Assembly: GCA_029260875.1 (NCBI GenBank)
Contig: JAJDCL010000001.1
Span: 1-49,036 of the forward strand
Reading direction: 5' to 3'
Source of the DNA: Candidatus Saccharimonadota bacterium
GTDB lineage: Bacteria; Patescibacteriota; Saccharimonadia; Saccharimonadales; OFTM59
DNA: 49,036 bases
The notes beneath the pieces were generated by a model. It was not told the DNA's origin. It worked only from the letters and a program-made list of their open reading frames with translations, and ran no database searches. Positions 27,759 through 37,206 of this stretch are shown piece by piece. The first letter of the stretch is position 1. Every line of letters starts with the position of its first letter. The translations under genes and the position numbers were made by a program.

Positions 27759-28249
27759 AGACCTAGAGTTTGGTCGCTTAATTCGTCTTCAGGGAAATCT
27801 GAAGATTCATCTACCCCGTCCAGGGTCTGGTCAATTTCGGTAGAGGTAGCATCGATTGATTCTGGGGTAACAGCTGATTCTACTTGGGTAGACGTTTGAG
27901 TGTTTTCTGATGACTCAGGCGCACTAGTGTTTTTAAATGTTATCACTGTGACTACCGCTAATATCGCTGCAACAACCAAGGCAATGATTATGGGCGTGAT
28001 CGGCGCGCTATGCTTAGGAGTCGCAGCGGGCTTGTGCTGGTCTACTGGAGCTCTCGCTGCTCCTTCGCCAGGAAGACTAGGACTGCTTGGCTGATCAACA
28101 GGTAGTGGAGCTACAACAGATGGACTGGGTGCGCCTGGCGCATCTTCAGCCACGGGGGGTTCAGGGGATTCAGGCATGTGCATATCTATAACCGGAGCGG
28201 TGCGCGACTCATCAGGTGTTTGCGGACGGTTGGGGTTGTTTTCTTCCAT
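27755..28249 (-). CDS. Hypothetical single-TM protein, Pro-rich N-terminus and acidic C-terminus
   Basis: ORF composition and one TM segment. Confidence 0.7.
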   Translation of the reverse strand: MEENNPNRPQTPDESRTAPVIDMHMPESPEPPVAEDAPGAPSPSVVAPLPVDQPSSPSLPGEGAARAPVDQHKPAATPKHSAPITPIIIALVVAAILAVVTVITFKNTSAPESSENTQTSTQVESAVTPESIDATSTEIDQTLDGVDESSDFPEDELSDQTLGL

Positions 28250-28251
28250 AG

Positions 28252-28929
28252 CTAGTCAGTCTCCTCGCCGCTAGAGTTTGCTTCGCGCTGTGCAGCTAGT
28301 TCGGCGCGGATTACGGCTAGTGCTGGCTTGATAGTTTCTAGAATAAGCTTGCGGATGTTTTGGCCGGTTTCATGGAGTGTTTTACGATAACTTCTAGATT
28401 CTTCTAGCGCGGCCTTAAAAGCTTCTGGGTCTGAGGCGCAATCCATTGCGGTAAGATCTGCTACAGCTTGCTTGTACTCTGCAAGGCCTGCTTTAAATGC
28501 GCCGATTGACTCCTCTAGCAAACTAATCTGAGCGTCAAGCTGGTTTGTGTCTACATTCTTGGTTTTGAGTTTGCCAGAAAGATCAGTCAGATGGCTTAAA
28601 AGATTGGCATAAACGCGGTCGCGACTAGTCTCTATGCCCTTAATGCGACCTTCTACTGAACGGATCTTGCCTTGTGCATTCTCGCATCGAGCTTGCAGGC
28701 GCGTTTTTTGAGCATTGCTCAGACGTAAGTTCAGTGTGTCTTTGCGCTTTTGCAGGCGCGCCTTTAGCTCAGCTGGGTCAGGATGTGAGCTATTGCTGTC
28801 AGCGGGTTGCCATTGTGTAGTATTTGAAGAAGAGTGGTCCTCATCTTCATGGGCTGCAACCGGTCCGCCTACGACTAAAACAAAGGCTAATAGTCCAAAA
28901 ACAACAGAAGTCATGATCTTTTTATGCAT
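28252..28929 (-). CDS. Hypothetical secreted coiled-coil protein
   Basis: RBS GGAGG before ATG 28929; signal peptide; helical body with a Cys pair. Confidence 0.75.
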   Translation of the reverse strand: MHKKIMTSVVFGLLAFVLVVGGPVAAHEDEDHSSSNTTQWQPADSNSSHPDPAELKARLQKRKDTLNLRLSNAQKTRLQARCENAQGKIRSVEGRIKGIETSRDRVYANLLSHLTDLSGKLKTKNVDTNQLDAQISLLEESIGAFKAGLAEYKQAVADLTAMDCASDPEAFKAALEESRSYRKTLHETGQNIRKLILETIKPALAVIRAELAAQREANSSGEETD

Positions 28930-28998
28930 TATTATCCTCCCTTGTGATGGATATTTTAGCATAAACACAGCCCGTTTTGCCCTGTTATAATTAGATGC

Positions 28999-29331
28999 AT
29001 GGCGACTTATGAAGATTTTCAGAAACTTGACGTGCGTGTAGGCAAAATTATCGGCGTAGAGGATTTCCCAGAAGCAAAAAAGCCAAGCTATAAATTGCAG
29101 ATAGATTTTGGTTCAAAAATCGGTATCAAAAAATCCTGCGCCCAACTAACCCAAAATTATTCCGAAGAAGATCTCCAGGGTAAGCTAATTTTAGGTGTCG
29201 TAAACTTTCCGTCCAGACAAATTGGCCCAGCCGTTTCAGAAGTTCTAACACTCGGCGTCCCAGATGAACGCGGCGAGTGCATCCTAATCACCCCCGAACA
29301 AACTGCCCCCTTAGGCTCTCGCCTCTATTAA
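28999..29331 (+). CDS. csaA: tRNA-binding / export chaperone CsaA (Trbp111 OB-fold)
   Basis: DFQKLDVRVGKI..FPEAKKPSYKL..SCAQLT..VNFP.RQIG..SEVLTLG. Confidence 0.88.
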   Translation: MATYEDFQKLDVRVGKIIGVEDFPEAKKPSYKLQIDFGSKIGIKKSCAQLTQNYSEEDLQGKLILGVVNFPSRQIGPAVSEVLTLGVPDERGECILITPEQTAPLGSRLY

Positions 29332-29339
29332 TAAAAATC

Positions 29340-29510
29340 AAAATAATCTGGGTTATTTTTGCCTAATCTCAGGAGGGAGCAGCCGGACCTAACTAGAACT
29401 ATATGCTTGAGTGGTCTGCTAGCGTGGGCCAATGCTATTCAAGGGAGAGTAGCCCGATTAGGCGATTCATTCGCCTCCCGGCACGACGAGAAGGGGCACC
29501 CCCCTCTCAT
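29340..29510 (-). repeat. Dispersed two-hairpin element, copy C, with duplicated tail and shortened AT palindrome
   Basis: ATGAGAGGGG-GGTG-CCCCTTCTCGTC-GTG-CCGGGAGGCGA-ATGAA-TCGCCTAATCGG-GCTACTC; second tail CCGGCTGCTCCCTCCTGA; AAAATAATCTGGGTTATTTTT at 29340-29360. Confidence 0.7.
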
Positions 29511-29522
29511 AAGGCGAAGCCG

Positions 29523-31583
29523 TTAGTAATAGTACCAACCGTTAATGTCAGCAGTCGCGGTAACGTCCCTAATCTTTTTTGGGTCACCGCCATTTAGACT
29601 AACCGCGTAGTCGGCCGTTTCTTGTTCGGTCCCAATCCTAAAAACCAAGCTGTTATTATTAAGCCATCTGATCGGTCCTTTGAGCCCGCTTTGATTTTGG
29701 ATCTCTTGATCACTATTATCCTTAATATCGTAGGCCAAAATAACACCTTTGCCATCGCGCTGGTCCAACCAGAGACTATACTCGCCGTTTGGACTATCAG
29801 TATATAATCGCGAGCGCAAGTTGGCTGGTTCACCCGGTAATTTATTTGAGCTATTGCCTGTCAAACCATATTCATACCAGTCCTGACCAACTGAAAGAGT
29901 CAAACTGTTATAGCTTGTCCTGTACATATTCCATATCTCATCAGCAAAAGCAATCTGGCTAGCACTACCGTCTGCCCTGACCTTATAAAGCGATACTTTA
30001 TCTGTCTGATACACGCTGGATGGTGCAAAAAACACATAACCACGCGCAACCATGACGTCATTAAAGAAATTACTGCTAGAAAGCTCTGTGCTTTCGTCCG
30101 TGTCTTGATCATAACTTATAAGACGATGACGCTTAGGGTCCGCTGCGCTGGTACCATCTGCAATCTGCACATAGACCAATCTGTTTCCAGCCCAGTCTAT
30201 AAGTTGGACCCTTTCTGACTGCGCTACTTCAACCGTACTGTTGTCTGACAAATCAATGATCGTAAGCTTACTCAGTAGGTACCGATCACGGTTACGAACA
30301 TTCCCGCGGGTTGAAACAAGCGCCACAAGCTCTTTGGTCGGGTGAGGTAGCAATATCATGTCGTCCCGCTCACTCCCAGTACCAGCAAGCACAAGTTCTT
30401 CGTTCTTGCCGTCGACATCAATCTTGTAGACATCGTATTTACCAGAGCGCTTACTAATAAATACGTGTTTACGATTTGGCACCATTGCTAACGTGTGCTC
30501 TGATTTATCATTGGCGTCAATTGTTAGAGTCTCTTCGCGCAAATCCTGGCCAGTAATTTTTACTTCCACTGGGGTGTCATCTGTTTTATCAATTGTTAAT
30601 TTAATCTTACCGTTTTCATCTGAGAATGCATCAGCGTCACCACTTGTAGCTTCAATTTTATTGAGAGGTTTACCCGATAAATAGTCACTAACCGAAAAAG
30701 CATACTGACTACCGACTGGTGTAAGGTCTCTGTCGCCAAGGGGGTTACTACCCCAACCCAATACGACCTTCTGCTTAACAGGCGCGAAAGCTCGCTTCTC
30801 AATCACAAGTTCAGTCGCGCCTAGCTTAATCTTATTAAACCTGGCAATACCGTCGTTATCAGTTAAGACCCTCTCGCCTCTTAAACCAACCTGGACGTTT
30901 TTTAGTGGCTGGCGCGTACTCTGATCTAGAACCTTGATAGATGCACTACTACGCACACCAAAACTATTCAGCAAAAAGTAGCGGCTTGTCGGCACGGTTA
31001 TGCTTGCAGCCAAGCCGATAATCAATAAAGCTACCGTTAATCGTCTAGCTAGGGGGTTATGCCACCAGCGGCTAAAAAAGCTTTTTATCCTCCCAATGAG
31101 TGTTGGTTGCTTATTGTCAAAGGCCTTCGCTATTTCGCTATCTTCGGCAGCCAGTAACGCGTCGCTCTCCTGACGAGCAATCTCGCTAACTGCCTGCTCG
31201 GTTGCGGGGTCTTCTGTCTCAGATTCATCTACGCTCTTTGCAGCTTGCGCTAGACTCTCGTTTTCTCCCGTGTTTTTTGGTTCTGCTGAGATAGGTTCAC
31301 CCTTGGTCTGTTTTGTGTCCACTGGCTCGCTCTTTGTGATTTCTGCTGGCTGCTCATCTGAGTTCTGCGCGCCAGTGTTGCTGGATTTATTATTTGTCTT
31401 CAGCTCGGGCGCGGTTATCGTTTGAGGCTCGCTAATCTTGATTTCTGACGGCAGCCCACTTGGTATTCCTGGTTCTGGATCGGGTTCAGATGGGTCAAGC
31501 ATGCGCCTAACCTTGTCTTCAACTTTTTGCAGGTCTTGATCTGCGTCAGGAGCAACATCTTCAGTTGGTTTTTTAGATTTCAT
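29523..31583 (-). CDS. Membrane-anchored protein with Ig/carboxypeptidase-regulatory-like domains and TolB-like beta-propeller
   Basis: Acidic disordered N-terminus, TM, VLTDNDGIARF, FISKRSGKYDVYKIDVDG repeats. Confidence 0.7.
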   Translation of the reverse strand: MKSKKPTEDVAPDADQDLQKVEDKVRRMLDPSEPDPEPGIPSGLPSEIKISEPQTITAPELKTNNKSSNTGAQNSDEQPAEITKSEPVDTKQTKGEPISAEPKNTGENESLAQAAKSVDESETEDPATEQAVSEIARQESDALLAAEDSEIAKAFDNKQPTLIGRIKSFFSRWWHNPLARRLTVALLIIGLAASITVPTSRYFLLNSFGVRSSASIKVLDQSTRQPLKNVQVGLRGERVLTDNDGIARFNKIKLGATELVIEKRAFAPVKQKVVLGWGSNPLGDRDLTPVGSQYAFSVSDYLSGKPLNKIEATSGDADAFSDENGKIKLTIDKTDDTPVEVKITGQDLREETLTIDANDKSEHTLAMVPNRKHVFISKRSGKYDVYKIDVDGKNEELVLAGTGSERDDMILLPHPTKELVALVSTRGNVRNRDRYLLSKLTIIDLSDNSTVEVAQSERVQLIDWAGNRLVYVQIADGTSAADPKRHRLISYDQDTDESTELSSSNFFNDVMVARGYVFFAPSSVYQTDKVSLYKVRADGSASQIAFADEIWNMYRTSYNSLTLSVGQDWYEYGLTGNSSNKLPGEPANLRSRLYTDSPNGEYSLWLDQRDGKGVILAYDIKDNSDQEIQNQSGLKGPIRWLNNNSLVFRIGTEQETADYAVSLNGGDPKKIRDVTATADINGWYYY

Positions 31584-31654
31584 TATGCTATATCAAGAAT
31601 CCTTATGCTTAAAGTTTACCAGATGTCGCTGGGGATGGCATATAATGCAGGTCT

Positions 31655-31837
31655 ATGACTAGGCGTTTATGTTTTATTTGGATCGTATTAGTGGTGTTGA
31701 TTCTTGTCCTAGTTGGCACTATTCTGATCCTAAAATCCAAGGCCAAGAACAATTTACCACAAAACACGATAATACTAGACCAGCTTAATATTAAGACCAA
31801 AAACCCACAGCCAGCAGGCAAGAACATAACAAACTAG
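31655..31837 (+). CDS. Possible small single-TM protein
   Basis: 60-aa ORF with a strong N-terminal hydrophobic helix, filling a gap between two genes. Confidence 0.45.
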   Translation: MTRRLCFIWIVLVVLILVLVGTILILKSKAKNNLPQNTIILDQLNIKTKNPQPAGKNITN

Positions 31838-32340
31838 TGCTTTTTGCGCGGTTTGCCTTTGTGCTTTTTCTTCTTTGAACTCTTGTGTTGTTTGACCGAT
31901 TTATTAGCCTGAGGTGCTGTCTGGCTAGCCACGAGGGTTGCGCCTGTAAAATCGTTGGCGGGAATATGAGTGGTCTGCCTTTGTGCCCGCCTTAACAAAA
32001 CTACCGAACCAGCTACTGCTAGTGCGCCAAGAGCTAGTAAAAATACTTGCTTACCCCTGCCTCGCGTCGGCGTTAATACGCGCTCGTTGCTCTTGATAGG
32101 AACACCCTTAGGAATCTCAATTTTAAATGATTGGTTAAGCAGCTGTTGGGGGCTTGTCGGTTGCACGTCAGTTTGTTGCTGAAAAAGTTGCGGAGCGTTA
32201 TTTTGTGGGTTACGTGTCTCAGGTACTGCCTGTCCGGTCTGCTGCTGGGCGTAGAGCTGACTAGGGACAAGAGCTATCAGCAAAGCAAGAAAGACAGTAG
32301 CGCTACCCTGTTTTTTGCTAATAAATTTTGCAAAACTCAT
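31834..32340 (-). CDS. Hypothetical membrane protein with Lys-rich tail
   Basis: Signal-like segment, TM, KKKKHKGKPRKKH C-terminus. Confidence 0.6.
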   Translation of the reverse strand: MSFAKFISKKQGSATVFLALLIALVPSQLYAQQQTGQAVPETRNPQNNAPQLFQQQTDVQPTSPQQLLNQSFKIEIPKGVPIKSNERVLTPTRGRGKQVFLLALGALAVAGSVVLLRRAQRQTTHIPANDFTGATLVASQTAPQANKSVKQHKSSKKKKHKGKPRKKH

Positions 32341-32547
32341 GACCTATTACTATAACATGCCCCTTAAAACCGGTGTTACTTAAACATAAGCTTGACAACA
32401 TAAAAACATGAGCGTAGCGTGGAGTGTATGGTAAATGCGCCTTTAGGTTGAGGAGTTTTGGCACTCCATTGTGCTGCATTTTTTTGGCCACAGCGTGCAT
32501 GCGCCAACAAAAGTAAAACCCTTAAAAGCAATACTAAAACCACAAAC

Positions 32548-32586
32548 AATCAGACCTCCTTAGATCGCAAAGGGAGGTCTGATTTT
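32548..32586. terminator. Strong bidirectional hairpin terminator
   Basis: AATCAGACCTCCTT-AGATCGCA-AAGGGAGGTCTGATT-TT right after the helicase stop. Confidence 0.8.
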
Positions 32587-32589
32587 AAT

Positions 32590-34143
32590 TTATGGCTTTA
32601 CAATATTAATTGGTTTAGGGCCTGAAACGTGCTCTGAGATAATCTTCATAACATCAGTTCCATACTTTTCAAGCTTGTGACTACCGAACCCTTTAATACC
32701 TAATAGAGCCTGCGAAGATGCAGGGGGCTTAGCTGCGATAGCCGCCAGTACGCTGTCGTGGGCAACTATATAGGCTGGCATGCCCTCTGCACGGGCGCGC
32801 CTCAATCGCCACAATTTTAGGTCAGACAATAATAATTCGTTCACAATTGGCGAAGTCTCTTGCGACAAAGCTGATTCTTCGGCCACCTCAGATGTATTAA
32901 CGGCCAATTCTGCAGAAGCAGCCCGTAGACCTCGGTCCAGGTCATAGATCTGTTCGTGCATGCGTAGTGCCATGTTATTGATTCCGCTCAAAAACAGGCC
33001 GTCTAAGCTTCGTACCCTAGACAGCGCGACATAACCCATGCCGGGTGTAAATGATTTACTTAGGTCAATTTCAGCTGCGTCCAAGCTCATCCCCTGACTT
33101 TTATGAATAGTGATTGCCCATGCTAGCCTGAGCGGTAATTGTGCCACTTCAGCCCGCACCCGGCCGTCTTCCTCTAGCTTCCAGCTATGAGGAACAACTT
33201 TTACTTTTCGCTTACTGCCTGATAGCTGCACAACCGGCTCGTTATCAAGAAATTCAATAACACGGCCGCGAGTACCGTTATAAAAGCCGGCCGTCGGATT
33301 ATTAGCTACGAACATAACCTCCGCGCCAGCTTTAAGCTCTAACAACTCTGGCGCCAGTACGCTGCGCCGGAGTTGTTCGACTTTTGCAGCCGAACCTTTG
33401 GTTTCCATCTCATACTCATAAGATTCGTTTGTAATTGCGGCTAAGTGCCGCTGGTTTACCGTATCAATATCTACATTGTGCGCATAAAGCCGTGTTACCG
33501 GCTGACTTTCTAACGGTTTAGTTCCCGTGCGTTTTTGCAACAACTCCTCGTGAACGCTGTCCAGCTCGCCACGGCGCATAGCTTCTAGCAGGTCCAACAG
33601 GCCGTCTTCTTGTTGGCGATGCTGCTCCGCCAAGTAACAAATCTTTGGGTCTAGCTCTTGCCAGGCTTCAGAAAGATGAACGAAGTCCATGGCGCTGTTA
33701 TCACGGTTTACCGGCGGCAGCTGGAATAAGTCCCCAACCAAGATAACCTGTAAACCACCGAATGGCCGTTCGCTTTTGCGTAGTAACTTGCATGTGTCGT
33801 TGACCATGTCCAGCCGCCGCCCATGCAGCATTGATACTTCATCAATCACCAATACGTCGGTTGTGTTGTAGCGCTTTACAAGCCTGGAGTTGCCGACCAG
33901 CTGCTGGCGGTCACGTGGGCCTAATTCTTCGCGTATGCCAAGGCCGGACCAGGAATGAATCGTAGTGCCGCCAATGTGCGTCGCCGCAATTCCCGTACTA
34001 GCCGTAACAGCCACTGTATTGCCCGTCTTAACAGCACGCTTGACGAACTGGTTTAGCACATATGTTTTCCCAGAGCCGGGAGGCCCAGTTAAAAAAACTG
34101 AGTCACCACCGAGCATAACCCCCAAAGCCTGCGCCTGTTTCAT
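32590..34143 (-). CDS. PIF1-family helicase with C-terminal HRDC domain
   Basis: GPPGSGKT, IDEVSM, GDLFQLPP, QLPLRLAWAITIHKSQGMSL, YVALSR; HRDC WRLRRARAEGMPAYIV...GIKGFG. Confidence 0.92.
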   Translation of the reverse strand: MKQAQALGVMLGGDSVFLTGPPGSGKTYVLNQFVKRAVKTGNTVAVTASTGIAATHIGGTTIHSWSGLGIREELGPRDRQQLVGNSRLVKRYNTTDVLVIDEVSMLHGRRLDMVNDTCKLLRKSERPFGGLQVILVGDLFQLPPVNRDNSAMDFVHLSEAWQELDPKICYLAEQHRQQEDGLLDLLEAMRRGELDSVHEELLQKRTGTKPLESQPVTRLYAHNVDIDTVNQRHLAAITNESYEYEMETKGSAAKVEQLRRSVLAPELLELKAGAEVMFVANNPTAGFYNGTRGRVIEFLDNEPVVQLSGSKRKVKVVPHSWKLEEDGRVRAEVAQLPLRLAWAITIHKSQGMSLDAAEIDLSKSFTPGMGYVALSRVRSLDGLFLSGINNMALRMHEQIYDLDRGLRAASAELAVNTSEVAEESALSQETSPIVNELLLSDLKLWRLRRARAEGMPAYIVAHDSVLAAIAAKPPASSQALLGIKGFGSHKLEKYGTDVMKIISEHVSGPKPINIVKP

Positions 34144-34180
34144 GTGTGACCTATTGTAGCAGTTACCGTATGAACAAAGC

Positions 34181-35218
34181 CTAGTGCGATATTAAAAATG
34201 ACCAAACAACATCACTTGCAATGATATCTTGGCTTGTTTTGCCGATTATTCTTACTGGGAGGTATTGTCTACCGCTTGGCCAAGTGTGACCCCCGCCAAT
34301 AATCCGATAAAGAACCGCCTCGTGCCCGCTATTTTCTACGCTCCAGCGCTGAACACGAGTATCGTCATTTGTATCAGTGTCTGGTAGGTCTCGCTGAATT
34401 AACTTATCTGGACCCGCACCAATGGCATGCGCCCAGTGCATTAATGCTGTTTCGGCCGGTACAACCCTGCCACCGTTTTTAATATTCCCAATAAGTGTAA
34501 TATCACCACCTTGGTATGGGACGATCGGATCATCCGTACCGCTCATCATCAATGTAGAAACAGGACGAGACGGGTGGCATTTATCATAAATAGGCTCCGG
34601 TATGGAGCCGGCAACCATGACAGCGGCCGTGATCGTATCGGCCTTTTCGCACAATATTCGACTAACCATCATTGCGCCATTTGAGACGCCAACAAAATAC
34701 ACTTTGGTTGGATTGACTTGATATTCTTGGGTCATCTTGTCCACCAGAGCCGACAGAAAACCCACATCATCGATGTTGGCCCTAGATCTAGACCCAACAG
34801 TATTCCCATCATGCCATTGCCGGCCATAACCATCCGGGTAGATAAGAATCGCGTGAGTCTGGTCGGCCAGTGGTAATAACGTGTTTTTTGTTAGCGAATC
34901 AACCGCGGAACTCGTCTCCCCGCCACCGTGCAGAAACACTACAAGTGGATATTTACTGCCATCAGCTTTGTATTCTTTGGGCAAGCGCAGCAGATATGTC
35001 CGGTTCAGATCGCCATGACGCATTGTCTGTTGTACTTGCATACCAACCTGCGCTGGGCCAGTCTGGTAGCCTGTTGGTGGCTGCACCTTCCAGTGCCGAA
35101 ACCATAACCCACCGCATAAAATCACCAAGGCAAGTACAGCCAGTATATATTTAGTCCTGAGAGGTGTGAGTCTTAATTTCTTCTTGTGATCTGACATATT
35201 TGTAAGCCTGTGACTCAT
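34181..35218 (-). CDS. PHB-depolymerase/LpqC-family alpha/beta hydrolase, membrane anchored
   Basis: FLHGGG, DDVGF, GVSNGAMM nucleophile, GTDDPIVP, GGGHTWP. Confidence 0.85.
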   Translation of the reverse strand: MSHRLTNMSDHKKKLRLTPLRTKYILAVLALVILCGGLWFRHWKVQPPTGYQTGPAQVGMQVQQTMRHGDLNRTYLLRLPKEYKADGSKYPLVVFLHGGGETSSAVDSLTKNTLLPLADQTHAILIYPDGYGRQWHDGNTVGSRSRANIDDVGFLSALVDKMTQEYQVNPTKVYFVGVSNGAMMVSRILCEKADTITAAVMVAGSIPEPIYDKCHPSRPVSTLMMSGTDDPIVPYQGGDITLIGNIKNGGRVVPAETALMHWAHAIGAGPDKLIQRDLPDTDTNDDTRVQRWSVENSGHEAVLYRIIGGGHTWPSGRQYLPVRIIGKTSQDIIASDVVWSFLISH

Positions 35219-35230
35219 TCAAGTTTGCGC

Positions 35231-35869
35231 TTATTGTGATAGTCGTTCAAGTTCGGGCTGCGTCCAAGAGGCAATCAGTTCGTGACCTTCATCATTTGGG
35301 TGTAGTCCATCAGCCAATAGATTTCGACCCTGGTTCAGCATCCTCAAAAACTTGTCATGAATCGGGACAAAAACAACTTCCTTGCGCTGTGCAGATTGCT
35401 TGATTGTGTCTTCAAATAAGTTAATCCTATTGTTCAGCCATTGGGTGTCTTTGCCTCGGGCATATTTCCAAGGGTTGGTCAGGCTTTCATCTACAGCTGT
35501 CAGTCCGTCGCAAATAATCTTGCTAGTAAAATTTTTTGCTTTATCAATAATTCGTTCGTAGGTTTCCTGGAAGTCATAAACTTCACTAGCCACAGCCGTA
35601 CCTTTAAGGGCCGCATCGTTAGTTCCGGTTGCCAGTACAATAATCAGCGGCTCTATATCGTTAAGACGGGCTTTGACCTCGTTTTCAAAACGATCACACA
35701 AAGACTGCACCGAGTCACCGCTAACACCTAGATTAAAGACCGTTGTCCGTTCACCGTCTATATTTTCTAGCGTTTTTTGGTGATAGTCATTAGCAATTCG
35801 CGCAACCCAGCCGCCCTGGCTGTCAAAAAAACCTTGAGTAATACTCCCTCCAAAAATCAAAATTCTCAT
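35231..35869 (-). CDS. SGNH/GDSL hydrolase
   Basis: FGGSITQG, NLGVSG, GTND, DGLHPN. Confidence 0.9.
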   Translation of the reverse strand: MRILIFGGSITQGFFDSQGGWVARIANDYHQKTLENIDGERTTVFNLGVSGDSVQSLCDRFENEVKARLNDIEPLIIVLATGTNDAALKGTAVASEVYDFQETYERIIDKAKNFTSKIICDGLTAVDESLTNPWKYARGKDTQWLNNRINLFEDTIKQSAQRKEVVFVPIHDKFLRMLNQGRNLLADGLHPNDEGHELIASWTQPELERLSQ

Positions 35870-37173
35870 GGCGCCAACCTGTTCATGTCGCGGGGGAAGA
35901 TGATAGCTTCTTTTACTGAATTTAGGCCAATTGTTTTCTGCACCAGGCGGTCAACACCAAACCCACAGCCACCATGCGGAGGTAGGCCAGCCTTAAAAGC
36001 TTGTAGATAGTATTTATAGCCAGGATGGTTTGGGTTAATCCCTGCGGCTTCCATTTGCTTCACAAGCTTTTCATAATTATGCTCGCGCTGGGGGCAAGTC
36101 GCTAGTTCAAGCCCTCGAAACAATAGGTCTGCCCACATGACGGTCCTGCCGTTAGGGCTTACCATGTGATAAAACTTCATAGCTTCAATGGGGAATTCGG
36201 TAACGAAGACGGCCTCGCACCCCGATTCTTTTTTGGCATACTCGCAGATCCAGCGCTCTTCAGCCGGGATCAAATCTTTTTCATCTCGCGTATCATCGTT
36301 GTTGGCTTTACTGTAAAGCTCATGCACCTCGGCTACCGTAAAACGCGGAAACTCAGATTTAAGCACAAGCTCAGGAGCATTCAGGCTTTTTAGTGATTCG
36401 CCGTGTTCTTTATAGACTCTTGTCAGCACGCTATAAACCATATCTTGAACCATATTGAGCACATCGTTATGAGATTCAATAAATCCCATCTCAATGTCTA
36501 GCATAGTAACTTCACTGGTATGTCTGGTAGTCATACTAGGTTCAGCACGAAACGCTGGGGCAATCTCATATACCCGCTCAAACGCTCCGACCATGATCTG
36601 CTTATAAAACTGTGGGCTTTGGGCGAGAGTTCCTTCCTGGCCAAAATAATCCAGCTTGAACACCTCCGCACCACCCTCGGTGGCACCAGCCAGAATTTTT
36701 GGTGTCTGAATCTCAACAAATTCTTTCTCGTTTAAGAATTCCCTAATGTAGCGGTTGAGTTTAGCCCTAATCTTAAAGATTTTTTGTTCCTGAAGGTTTC
36801 TGATATTTAGCACCCTGTTATCAAATAACGTATCTTGGTTGTCTGGCTTATGGTCAATCGGCTTGTCAATTTCAATCGCAGGTTCTTCGGTGACCGGCAC
36901 CATAACTTCTATTGTAGCGTCGTGTAGCTCTGCGCCACCAGGAGCACGAGGCTCTTCTATTACCTTCCCTGTAACAGCCAGGACAGTACCAATCTGCATG
37001 CCCCTAAGTTTTTCAATTTCGTCTTTGTCCTGGATAACTATCTGGGTTAGTCCGCTACGGTCTCGAATATTAATGAAGCTCAGTCCGCCAAGCAGGCGTT
37101 TCTTATGGATCCATCCTTGCACAAGTACCGTACCATCAATATGGTCTTGTAGTTCTCTAGCTAATATTCTCAT
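35866..37173 (-). CDS. aspS: Aspartate--tRNA(Asn) ligase, short archaeal-type (non-discriminating)
   Basis: 435 aa without GAD insert; TEGGAEVF, LAQSPQFYKQ, FRAE, PPHGG.G.G.DR, FPRD. Confidence 0.9.
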   Translation of the reverse strand: MRILARELQDHIDGTVLVQGWIHKKRLLGGLSFINIRDRSGLTQIVIQDKDEIEKLRGMQIGTVLAVTGKVIEEPRAPGGAELHDATIEVMVPVTEEPAIEIDKPIDHKPDNQDTLFDNRVLNIRNLQEQKIFKIRAKLNRYIREFLNEKEFVEIQTPKILAGATEGGAEVFKLDYFGQEGTLAQSPQFYKQIMVGAFERVYEIAPAFRAEPSMTTRHTSEVTMLDIEMGFIESHNDVLNMVQDMVYSVLTRVYKEHGESLKSLNAPELVLKSEFPRFTVAEVHELYSKANNDDTRDEKDLIPAEERWICEYAKKESGCEAVFVTEFPIEAMKFYHMVSPNGRTVMWADLLFRGLELATCPQREHNYEKLVKQMEAAGINPNHPGYKYYLQAFKAGLPPHGGCGFGVDRLVQKTIGLNSVKEAIIFPRDMNRLAP

Positions 37174-37206
37174 CAGGGGAAGTATAGCCTATCACCTCTG
37201 TTCGGT

